The notes under the pieces were generated by a model. The model was not told the origin of the DNA. It made no database searches and worked only from the letters and a program-made list of their open reading frames with translations. Positions 1 through 11,900 of a stretch of 64,000 nt of DNA are shown here, piece by piece. Each line of letters begins with the position of its first letter. The first letter of the stretch is position 1. The translations under genes were made by a program, and so were the position numbers. Source of the stretch: Amphiscolops sp. MND2022 (lineage: Eukaryota); NCBI GenBank assembly GCA_964187785.1, contig OZ076411.1, positions 41,788,001-41,852,000 of the forward strand. Direction: 5' to 3'.

Positions 1-1143
1 TTGAACTTGGCATTTTTCAGGGTCGACCCAAGTCCATTCGACCCAATTCCGAAACGGTGAAGATTCGACCCATGGCACAGGAGGCCGATTCGACCCATTT
101 CTTTCGACCCATTTCCGTTCACCCAAAAATTTTGAGATCGAATTCTTCCGTTTTTGCTAGGATTTTGCACCTGCAAAGCTGTTAAAAGCGTTTGAAATGT
201 TTTAAATACTTTTCCCCACCTAATATGGAGTCATATACGGTGTGTGCTTATTCGCCCCCACCGTCGCAAAGACCAGCTCTCACTACGATCGCTTCGCGAT
301 CTCCGTCCACGCTAGGTCTTTGCTCCTGTCCGACCTCGCTCAGCAAGAATGAAACATAAGCGGCCTCGAGGGGCCGCGGGGCACTAGAGGAAATGGGGGG
401 CATATCCGAGGGCCAAAAACAAGGGCACTGTAATAAGTTCGAACGCATAAGTTCGAATTTTAATTTCGAATGGAATAAGTTCGAATTTTCCAAAAACCGC
501 AACAAGTTCGAATCACTGTGTTCGAAGCCCAAAAACATTGTTACTTGAAAACGCTAGGTATTCGCAAACATCGATTCGATCTCATTTTCGACCATTTTAC
601 TTCAGTGAAAAGATCTCAGTGACAGATTGCATATTCGCGCAAATTGATTCAATCCAAAAACATTCACCGCCTTGTTAAATTTAGACCTTAGTCATGGTGC
701 ATGGTTTCAAGATCTTAGTTCTTTAGATCTTATTCCTCAGACTTTTGGTATGGTCACCGTCTGTCTTCCTTCACGTATGATTTTAGTCAACTGCATAGAA
801 ACCGTTGATCTTGTTACTTTACAACGGAAAGTCTCTCAGAACCTTGTTATCGAGTTTTTGTAGAGTTCATCGGAAACACTGAGTCAATGTAGTTCATGTT
901 ACCATAGATGTATTTGAAGTTTTTTGGGGTTGAAATTCTCCATTAATTTGTGCTCAGCCTTTTTCAGTTCCCAACATTCAGAACCGAACAATAGTACCGG
1001 ATTTATGATAGCTCTGTAAAGGTGCTGTTTTGATGAGTGACTTGGCATTAAACAGGAGACAATTTTGGGTACTCCAGGAGTAAATTATCAATGTCAGTTT
1101 GTAGGCGCTTCAATTTGTCTGGAGTTGTACACTGACGTTTCGG

Positions 1144-2090
1144 TTGAAGAGGCTATTGACATATAGATGGGCTGAACATGTCAAAACGCGAATCGGAAAG
1201 GCAATGCGAAGTTGGTATTTAATTAAAAGGAACACTAGCCCGATAATTACTTCACTTGCGAAAATCCACCTTTACCGCGCTATAATCTACCCAATTCTTA
1301 TGTTTGCATCAGAATGCTGGGACATGAAACGGAGTGATTATCAGATCATTGAAACCTTCAACAAAAAGATGCTTCGCTGGATCATCGAAATAATTTGCTC
1401 TCGAAATAATTGGCGCTATTGAGGCCTGGCATAAGTGGCAATTAATTGGCCCCATTAACTTGCCAAGACACAAAATTGCGGAAAGTAAGATTTCAACTTC
1501 AAAGGAAGCTAAGGCAGTGGACATCAAAGGGGAATGAATTCAGTGCACGCGTCTCGGTTTCCGAGATTTCGTGTCCTGATTTCCGCAAAACGCTCAGAAA
1601 AAGCTTGCAGATGCACTGTAATGATTACCGGCATGCATGATTACAGAGAGGCTTTGATAGCTTCAAACTTGTTACCTCCCCTCTACTTGAAAGTAATAAA
1701 GAAAGATCGTGTGTGGAAATTATGATGTTGATTTCTCGATGTTTTATGAAGTGAACTGGAGTGCCTACAGAATAAGAGTCAAGCTACCCGAAATTCGCTA
1801 CGAAGCGCAGAGACACAACTTCTGGTACAGAACAGGATTCAGAGTGAATATCTTGCTACAAAGAAACCTTCATTTTTTCGAAAACACTGAACTCAAGTCG
1901 AACTTATTAACTCTCATGTGGGACTTTTTTCGAAGAAACTGGAACTCTAGTAATCCATGTAGTTGGATCTATTTATGTTTATGTTCAAGTTGTCGTGCCA
2001 ATCCAATGTCATAACCTAGGGAGTAACTCTCCCAGTGATGCATATATCACGAAGTCCTAATAATAATAATAAATAATAGTAATAATAATA
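1144..2090 (+). mobile_element. 5'-truncated, decayed non-LTR retrotransposon (LINE; L2/CR1-like group) ORF2 C-terminal remnant with (TAA)n tail
   Basis: Fragments RWAEHVKTRIGKAMRSWYLIKRN..KIHLYRAIIYPILMFASECW (RT thumb region) and LPPLYL..NFWYRTGFRVNIL, broken by frameshifts. Ends in taataataataaataatagtaataataata at about 2059-2090. Confidence 0.7.
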
Positions 2091-2568
2091 TAGCCTCTTC
2101 AACAAATAGCCTACTTTGAGTTTTAGACGTTTTCCCCGAAACACTTTCAGACGTTATTCACAGCCTTATTCAAACGAATTTTGTTTTTAAATATATATGC
2201 TATTAATTAAAGCGAGAAATCAGTTCAGTCGGTAGAGTATGTTTCTTTGACCGTTGACCTTCATCGATACCCAGCGTTCTCGGTATTATGTCCTTCCGCT
2301 TATAGAGGTCTTCTGGAAGTTTATACAACACGTTGTTTGACAGAAATCTAATTATGTAGAAATTTTTTAATGGAACTAATAAGTTGAAGTTCTGTCTTTG
2401 TCTGAAGTTTTGTATGGTAGAGGCCACGCTGAAAACTTGAAAATATACTGTCGCTAAAGCAGATCAGGGCGCTCTAATAACCCGACGTTCAGCGAGCGTT
2501 TTGACCGTTTTTTCCGCTTTTTCAGATAGTAAAATGAATGGGCCACGTCAATCAAACACTCTTTTGTC

Positions 2569-2935
2569 ATGGTCCTTCCTGCACTCGTAACAATGCATTA
2601 CACAATTTTTGTTTTACTGATTTTTTCCTCAATAGAGGATTCTCTCGTAGTTTCGCAGGAAGTAACTGCAGCTATCATAAGCTCGCCTACTGTCCTAGAA
2701 CCGATATCTTCTTTCAAATTCAACTTCGTATGCAACAGAAAAGCTGCTACAAGTACTCTCAAGTTTGAGCTCTACACTTCGGATCATGTACTGTTCACCA
2801 AAACGTATCCCTGTTTGTCAGATTCACAAGTGACACATCAACTTGATATCAAAGTCCCTGACTCGTATGTGTTCAATTATGACCTGTATCAGAGGAAGAT
2901 GAAGTTTGACGCACAATGTTTGGCGGCTTTATCTA
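2569..2935 (+). CDS. SEL1L3: SEL1L3-like exon 1 (signal peptide and N-terminal domain)
   Basis: ATG at 2569 (alternative ATG a few codons later). Hydrophobic TIFVLLIFSS stretch. Donor TCT A|gtttgt. Confidence 0.75.
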
Positions 2936-5900
2936 GTTTGTTTACTTTGCTTGTTTTGAAATCCCCATATTGCATGAAGATCAGCAATTTTGAGTGTCTA
3001 AAATGTTCTTAGTAAGGCAGAAGATAACCAGTTAGATTTTGAAAACAATTGTTTAAACATTTAATGACTGACTTAGGAAATAATGAGTTCATGGAGTGGA
3101 TTTTTCCAAAAATGGTTTCCATAATCTGGAATATTCAGAATTCAGACAAATCCTTGACAAACGCAAATGCTATGTAGTAAATAAAAGGAAATTCTTGATT
3201 TCTTTTCAGCACACGAAGATGTTACAAGAGCTGTTAGAAAATAACAATTTTCTGAAAAATACTAAAAATATCAAACTGCAATTGAAAACAACATTGATTT
3301 GAGGGAAAATAAAAATTGCTTCTGGTTTCAATCTCAAATAGTCGGAAAATTTACGGATCCAGTCAATCGCTTATATTTGGACCAATTACATTGGCCATCA
3401 GTTAAAATTACAACAACGACTAAAATAACTTATTGGAAAAGAATGAAAGAGTAGTATGAAGTATCGTTTTTTTCTCTGATTGTATCTTTTTCAGTATCTG
3501 AAAAACGGGCGTCCTCTTTCGTGAAGACAGACTCGTTAGTGCTGCCCGTCAAACCTGTCTACAGCAGACCCTTCAAGACCCACAGAACTTGTCTCACTTT
3601 TATTGGGGAAATGGCCTTGCAAATTTCCACCCGAGGTTGACAAACATTGTAATACTTCGAAATAGATGAAACTTTTTGCGCGAAATCACAAAAACCTGTG
3701 CCATTCATTATCGTAGTCCATCCATGATTTCTGAAAACGATTTTTTTCGATAAATATGTCATTTCAAAAAGGATTGGATTTTGAATGTTTTTCTCATCGT
3801 GTGACTTTGTGAACTCACTTATTTAATCTTTTTATTTTTCCGGTTTTTCTTTATAGTAATTCCCCAGTGCCCACTGGATAATGACGTCATCCATTTTCTG
3901 CACAAGCCAGTAGTTTTCAACGAGCAGTTCCTGGGTGTGATCAAAGCCCTTCCCAGGGTAAATAACCTGGATTTGAAACAAAAGTTTGAAGAAAACAAGA
4001 ATTTGCTGACGGAATTAACAGTTAATCTTTACGTGTACCTTTTGTCTTACCCCGAAGATAGAGCTAGTTTATTTCATCACATGACTGTGGGGGGTCATAT
4101 ATTCGCAACGTCGCCTCTGCTACTTGTAATGTCCGATGTAAGTTACTTTTCTGTGTCGTTAAACTATTTTCTAAACTAACACGCCATGTTCTCCGTTTTG
4201 AATTGCACATTCAATGGTTGCAAAAATATCGTTTTGTCACATCATTTTCGGGCTCTTCATTGTAAAACTTGTAAAATAGCTCCATGAATATTTCACGAAA
4301 AAAATTGTTGCTGATTTCTATGTAACAGGTCGAAGAAATGTATGTAACTTCTTTTTGTTAAAAGTGGTGGTTGACTAATTTTCTGTTTCATATATGGAGT
4401 AATAATTACTTGATTTTGTCGAGATTGCCATGCTTTGTTCCAAAAGCTTCATCGAATGAGTTCCTGTCAATTACGCTTTCCTTTTTCAGCGCTTCTGCCG
4501 TCGATGGAATGAAACGCGACTAGTGACTTTTCGTCGGTTTTTCTTCGATTCGGTTGTAATAACAATAAATGATCTACTTTCAGCCGAAGGTCAAAAGAGA
4601 GCACAATAGGTTCAAAGGGTCCTTTCATTTTTTGCATTTTCATTTGGCCTACAAAACTGTATTTTTTTCGGAGATGTATTCCTGAGAACATTCTGACTGT
4701 CTTCGTGACAGTGGATGTTGTTTTGGTTAGAGAAATTTTGTTTTGGCAAGTAGCAATAATCAAAATGACATTCCTAGTTGATCAGGTGCCACAATGTAAT
4801 CAAAGTTTCATCATAAAATTTTGGGCTCATTCAAGTCTTACTTTTACCTTGTCTGATATTTTCAAGCAATTCTTTGGTTGAATATTTGGTGTACTCAATT
4901 TTTCTGTCTCTTACCGCGAAATCTTGGGCCTCTAAACATGTTGATGCCATGTTTTCCAATGCGCTCTTTAAACGTTGATCTTTTACAGGGCCATCTGCTG
5001 GTGGAAATTCCCTACAAGCAACAAGTGCAATCTTTTTTATGTCATTCTTATTTGGTGCTGAAAAAATGGTACTACTTAAACCTCATGATTGACAGCGAGA
5101 GAGTGGGTTCCCTTAGCGTCTGCAACGTCACCGAAAACGGCGTCCATCCCAATGAATGTTTCACGTGTGTTTACCACTTCGATTCTATTATGCAATTCTC
5201 GCCCTATGCCAACTCTTTTGTTGTGGGTGGGAGTTTGATTTTTTCCTCCCCCAGTGGCTACATCGCTGGTGTCGAAATTATTCTGAACAAAGCTGTCAAA
5301 GCGATCACTAGAAGTTCTGAAAGTAGCCCAGTCATGGAAGTTGAAATATCTCACTTTGATTCTCAGTGTTCTAAATTTGTGGAAAGAGTGTGGGAGTTGA
5401 TGACTTATTATAAATACGAGGTTGAGGAACTGTCTAAAGCGCGCCAATGTGGTTTCTCTCCATGGAAGCGTGTTACTCATGTGTCGCGAAATGTATGTCG
5501 TGTAAAACCGAAGATGTTGCAGAAACATAACTTCATTCAAGACATTGTCAGAAGCGATGTCTACGGTCAGTTGAAAAGTGACTTTTTCCGAGAAAGGCGG
5601 GAAGACGACGATATAATGTTCTACAAGCAAGGAAAGCAACATGATCTAGAAATGCTATACATGCAAGATGTAGGCAAAAGGTTGTACCTCAAGTCGCGAA
5701 ATTCTCTTGGAATTGGGTTACATGAAGTTAAACATGGACTTATTCCTTACATTCTCCAAGCATCGTGTTTGGGATATGGAATCGCTTCTTATATGGCAGC
5801 CGTGATTCATTTCACAGGGTTTGGTGTTTCTATGGATGAACGGACGGGCTCATTTTACCTTACCAGGAGCGCCCTGCTAAACGACAGACTTGGGCTTTTA

Positions 5901-8900
5901 TCACTCGGGTTCAAGTACACCTATGGGTTGAATGGGTACCCTATTGACCTTCCAATTGCGTGGAGGTAAGCTGATATGAAAGTGGTTTTTATCGTGATTT
6001 TCTGCTTGATCTTCATTATTTGAGTAGATGAAAATTTGAGGTCTGAGTGTAATTTGAGGCCACTCTGTTTTTTAGACTGCGTCGGAATTGTCAAGAAGTT
6101 ATCATGGGTTTTTGGTGGATAATTTTCTTCGAGAAATACAGTGGATCTCCGATGTATTCAATGTTAAATATGCAGTCAGGACTAGGGCACGCATTGACTA
6201 TAGTTCATATAAGCAGATTTTTCTTATATGCGGTTTTTCACACCCGATGTCCCTTGTAAACCCTACTGAAAATAAAGCTGAGTTTGATACTATGTACTTA
6301 CACCGTGCGAAATATTTTGTAACTTCCTGGGCCCTATCAAGGAATTCGTCTTCAGGGAAGCAAAAAATGTGAATGTTCCTTTAGAAATTGAGTGATATCA
6401 AATTTTCCCATTATTTTGGTGTTCAGATACTACATTCAAGCGGCCATGATGTTCCACGACGACCGAGAAGAGCACAAAGAGACCGATGTTTACACAGAGC
6501 ATGTTCGGCTGACAGACAAGAAGGAGTTGGAAGTGTACAGAGGCAAAAAGAGCGACCACTTCGAGTGGCTCAAATTCCAAGCTAGTCAGGTCAGGTCATG
6601 TCAGGCGTGTACATACATACAAGTGTATTCATAGTATGTAGTATCATTCACATCGCAGTTTTAGCGTCGCTCGTTTTACTACAAAACTGCTTGGTTCGTA
6701 AAAAATATCAACAGCGAATTTTTTCAGATGTTGAAAGATGTGATACATTACTAACGTTTTCTGATGTGATGGGTTTTTGTTGGTTAACTGAAATGTTGAA
6801 AGATACGTTGTCGAATTTTGAATCAGCAAGTATTAGGCTATTTCGTTTTTATTCTTCTATCTGATACCCTTCCATCTGATGTGCTCTAAAATATATTGCA
6901 AAATTGTAATTTGAAATTCTAAAGTTGGGAAAAGACTCGTCCAAGAAGCGGGATGCTTGATGTTACAACAAAACTTTAACGGATTAGATGAGAGTTTAAT
7001 TTTTGGAAGCCAGTGAAGTGCAAAAACATCAGACATACCTTGAAACAATTACAGCTGTTAATTTTAAGTTGGAACGTGATTATTACGATGTTTTTCTAAC
7101 TTTTTAAACCAAAATTAGACGTTACAAAACGTAATAACAATGACATTCCTCGATTTTTTCCCTTAAATTCATTGTGATACTGTAACATGCAGAACAGAAG
7201 ATGAATAGCCAAACGTTGAAGAGTTTTGGCAGCCTGACAATAAATTGAAGGCTTCACAATAAATAATAGGGCAAATGTGCACAAACTTACTAATTTTTGT
7301 TTAACCACTATGGCCAATCCTTACGGTAGACCTTTGTGGTTTAACAACTGTTGGAAGGTGGGGCTTCGGATGTTTTAATTGGCAGTGGCCTTGGATGTCG
7401 CAGAACCAAAAGAGTTGGGGGCTTTTTAGAGGCTTCATTGAGATACGGTACTCGTGAAAGCTCTCTGGTTAAAGCTCTCCCGTGAAACCCCTTTGAGGGT
7501 TTAAACCAGCCCACCGCTTCATATCCGGGATTTTCTTCAGTGTTGTTTGTTGCTGAGATGAACTCTGAGATGGCGGCGGAACCGAATCAACAGGAATGAG
7601 GAGTCTTACGGTTTAACCAAATTCTGGTGTACAACAAACAATTTTTAGAACTTCACGCTAATAAAGGTGGACTTCTGATGCGCAGTTCTTGTGATGTCCA
7701 ATTCATCACATTCTTTTAAACAGCACAGTCCCCACTCTGGCAACCCGGTTTTCTCGAAGCAAAGCGATTGAGGTGCCCGTAACCTGAACGTCCCAAAAAT
7801 GACCTGCGCAAAGATCCACAGTGGGCATCGGGAGCTTCAAGTTTAGGGAGGTTGTTACAAAAGGAAACCATATTGTCACTTTCGCCGTTGAGGTCATATG
7901 GCGGCAATTCAATCGGTCCAAGCGGACAAGTTGTTTTCGGGGGATAGAAGGCTCAGTGGTGGTAATCAAAACGTTAGTCGAGTCTATCATGACACCCTTG
8001 ATACGGGGCTCAATGATTGCTACACACCCTGGGGACAGTTGAGCGTGTGGTACCTTGTAAGTACCCGGCTTTCGTTGTCGGTGGCTGCGAAAAGAGCGAA
8101 CACTTCGTTCGAATCAACGTCCCCGAACCAAAAGTAACGATCCTATGAACTCTGGACCAACCTGTTTTTCGAGTTAGAACCTCCCTTGGCAAACATTTCC
8201 ATTTGAGATTTACGGGTTGAATCAGCCTTTTACCGTGTAAAAAGATGGCGAGTATCTTCTTGTCTTCAGAGTCTTCGCCACTCTTGAACTCAAAGAAACT
8301 CATTCGTTGGTCTTCTTGCGACAACTCTACTGCTGGAATAAGGCTCAGCGAGCTCGGAAAAGCGGAATTCATATTTTTTCGAAAATACCGAACAAAACAG
8401 TGAGAAATTTCGTTACGGCAGTAATTTGCTGAATCAACCGATACAAGCCCTCATGAAAAGTGTCACCTGAAAATGAAGAACACATGAAACAATTATGACA
8501 CTCCAAGTGAAGATTGTATTACTAACGAAACTTTCAACATCCGATGATTACAATGCATCAATCAACGAGGTCAAATAATGGGGTACGGAATAAATGTACA
8601 AAGAAACGTTTAAAGAAGAATCACCAATTAACAAACGGATCAAGTAATGGTTTGTTATTTAGATGCTTCAAGTTGCTTCACTGGTACATACATCGATACG
8701 AAGGTGATGACGCTTCCACTTGTTGTTCCTGTTAACAAGATGAATCATTTGTAACCAAATGAATAAACATTAGGCCCACATGGAAGTCACACGTGAAGTT
8801 CCTTCTGCGTTAACTAGTAATATTAAATTAGGAAAGTAGAGGTATGTAAATGAAATGTCATGGTGTTCGCTATTCTCGAGATACATTGGTGATGTTTGTT

Positions 8901-11900
8901 GGGATCTTCTCAATTATGCGTCCAAGGAATCAATTTGTTAATAAAGGTAGAACCTAATTAATCGTTTTAAATATACTGGTAATTTCGCCAAACCATTGGG
9001 ATATTTAATTAAACAGTGGAGAGGAAAGTGACTGGGAAAGTTGCCGGTATACAGCCCTGACGGGTTTGGCACGGGCGAATGCTTTTTCAGTAAGCCTTGA
9101 GGCACTTTTCTTTGTCTCCGCGCTTTCCTTATAGAAGTCCATAATCCAGTAGCATCATTTCATATCATGTTTTGATTCATTTGAGTTGAAGCACACACAA
9201 CTTTAGTAAACTTTGAATACATTGAAAGACACTAACTCTTACAAGTTCATATGAGTTTTGAACCTCTGGATTGAAAGTTTAACAACTTCACGTCAGTACA
9301 CAATACTTTGGAACATTTCAAATTCAATAATGAAAAAAATATATGAAACTAAGTTTTGTTGCGGAAGAATGTTTTAGTAAAGATAACTAGTAGAGCGGAA
9401 TTCTGTTAGGATCACTGGAATGCTAACTTGAAGCTATCATTTTTCAAAATACGTTGAATGTCCGACTGTCGAACGTGAAGCCGTTTAATACATGGTACGC
9501 ACCCTTTTTCGGTAGAGCTTTGTTTACCAAATCAGCTTAAGATTTTGACAATAACTCAGACCAAACAACTATTACTTCATGAAAGACTAAAACTGAAAAG
9601 AAAATTTCCAAAATGTTTATTCCACGGCGCCCATCCTTGTTGTAGAGCTTTGTGGTTGAACGTAAAAACATACTAAACAATTTGCCAGTGACGACAACGC
9701 GCAATCTTTCACAATCATTATTGAACTTGTCTATGCATTTAATGAAAATTTCCAAAACTTGACTTGGCGAACGGGAGCCTCTGTGATTATTTCACAAACT
9801 TTTTATCATGAATGTTTGACTCTAAACGCTTGCGCTGTTTTTGGTTTGTACATTCGTTGTCAGAGAAACGTACAGCAAAAAGCACTCCTCAAGGCCTAAG
9901 ATGTCGTTTGTTTGTCAAAAATGAACCATCACCCGAATTATTCTCACGTAATCTGCTCTTGATGTTGCAAGTTTCTACGTAAGATACCCAAAAAATATCA
10001 TTTGTGCTCTTCAGGAGGTTAACAAACCCAACGTCTCTTAGTGGTGTACCAACTCTACGAGGTTTGAAAAGAGATGTTTTGGCGAGATTTAAAATCAACT
10101 GGGGCTTTATAACGCGCTGTTTGGACCAATTTTTCAGTATATTCGTCTCATTAGGCAGTTTGTGCCAAGAGCGTTATCTGTAAATAACGTTGTTTCCTTA
10201 TCACCCGAAAATGTCGAATCATTCAAATTTTGGACACGGTTTTCTAAAGCGTACAATTGTTCTTTTTCTCAGGCAAAACTATCGTTCATAGCAATCAAAT
10301 TTTGTTTCAACGTTATCAATTTTTTCACCCATCGCCATATAGATAGTCATCGCCATATAGTTCTCCAGAGGGGATTGGGTTCCCCTCAAAGATGACCATT
10401 GTAGCTGTGCACAAAAGCGACCTGTTTATCAAAGTCAATTTCAAACCAATCATTCTCAACGAAGCCGTTTTGGCCAATTTCGTTTATGTTCGGTAGCTTC
10501 CTAGCACCATGCGTGGCAACAATGACTTCAATTTTATTGGCACTGTCGAAACACACTCCTGGCCTTGTGAAACATATGAACATGGTAAATTGCAGGTTAT
10601 TCGCATCAAAGCATTTTCATAGCAAAACAACTTTTGAAGTTTTAAGCACAGTCGATTAAGAGTTTTCATTTGTATATTCATTCCAGTTACTTGTAGGATT
10701 CGATTTCACTTCATCTAAGCTTTCAATCTCAACAACGCTTAGCCCAGACGAAGAAACTCATTGTATATGATGTTCAATAGCTTTTTGTTCAGCAGCTCTA
10801 GTAGCAAAATACGTATTGAGTCAAGAGGGCTGTCATCAATCAAGCAAAAATAAGTTGTTTTTGAAAACTTCCAAAATACTCTCATTTTCCTCATTTGTCA
10901 ACTTCGAACAATACAACATAATCAAATTGGCTGACCTAATAAATATACCATTCGCACACAGTTTTTAAGGGCAACCATTCGGACACTTATGAGCATAATG
11001 GGCGAAGTCCAAATTAATCTGCCCTGGGGGTGATAATTGTTTTGGGTCTCCTGATGCGCATATCAAATCATCTCCAAATGGAAGAAACGAGTCTCGAACG
11101 TTTTGAAGAATCAAATCAATGGCGGAGAACTCCTCAGCGCAAATCATACCTATTTCCTCAAAATAAATCACATCCAACCTTCTGGAGCACTGTCAATTTT
11201 ACTGAGTCGAAAGTCAACTTTTGGAGAGCCTTCTGTACAATTTCATCAACATTACTGCCACTGGAATCCGGGAGACGGAACAAATGTGTGTTCCAGAAAA
11301 CTGCATGGAGCGTTCACTGCTCAGGGAAGTGACCATGACATTCAATGCTTTGCACATAACGTGAAAATGGGTTATTACAAACGTTTTGAAGAGGAACTTG
11401 AAACTTTGTCAACAGAATTCATCAAAGAAACCATGACAACCACCTGTTCATCGTTGAAATTGAAATCTGTACTCAACAATGGGTAATACGTTAGGGCGGA
11501 GTCAGTGTTACAGATCAGCAAATCCACAGTTGCGGGCTTTCGCCCATCTGTTATTAAATTACGTATTTGAATATTCACCTTGTCAATACTGTTCGAAAGA
11601 CTGGTTCAAATCGTAATTACATTGCTCCTGTAACGCTTAGTTAACAATCGTGGGTGTTTCACTTCGTCTTCAATATTTAATATTTCTGCTTTAGCAGGAA
11701 TATTATTGAAATCTGGAAGCGTCTACTTTTTTTCAGACAATTTTTCGGACGATCTGAATAATTCAGATATTTTGTTCGGCAGTGAGTGTGAGCGAGAGAT
11801 TTAAATTCAATTCTAGTGCGATGGAACGAGCGAGTGGTAATTATCCATTCGTATGCTGACGTCATTGAGATGAAGCGAGCGAATGTTCGTAATTGTGCTT

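Noticed and set aside
5720-5740. HEVKH (HExxH) zinc-metalloprotease-like motif in ORF 4878..5969
   Set aside because: The ORF is a phase-consistent SEL1L3 exon and the motif precedes the first Sel1-like segment; there is no other zincin context.
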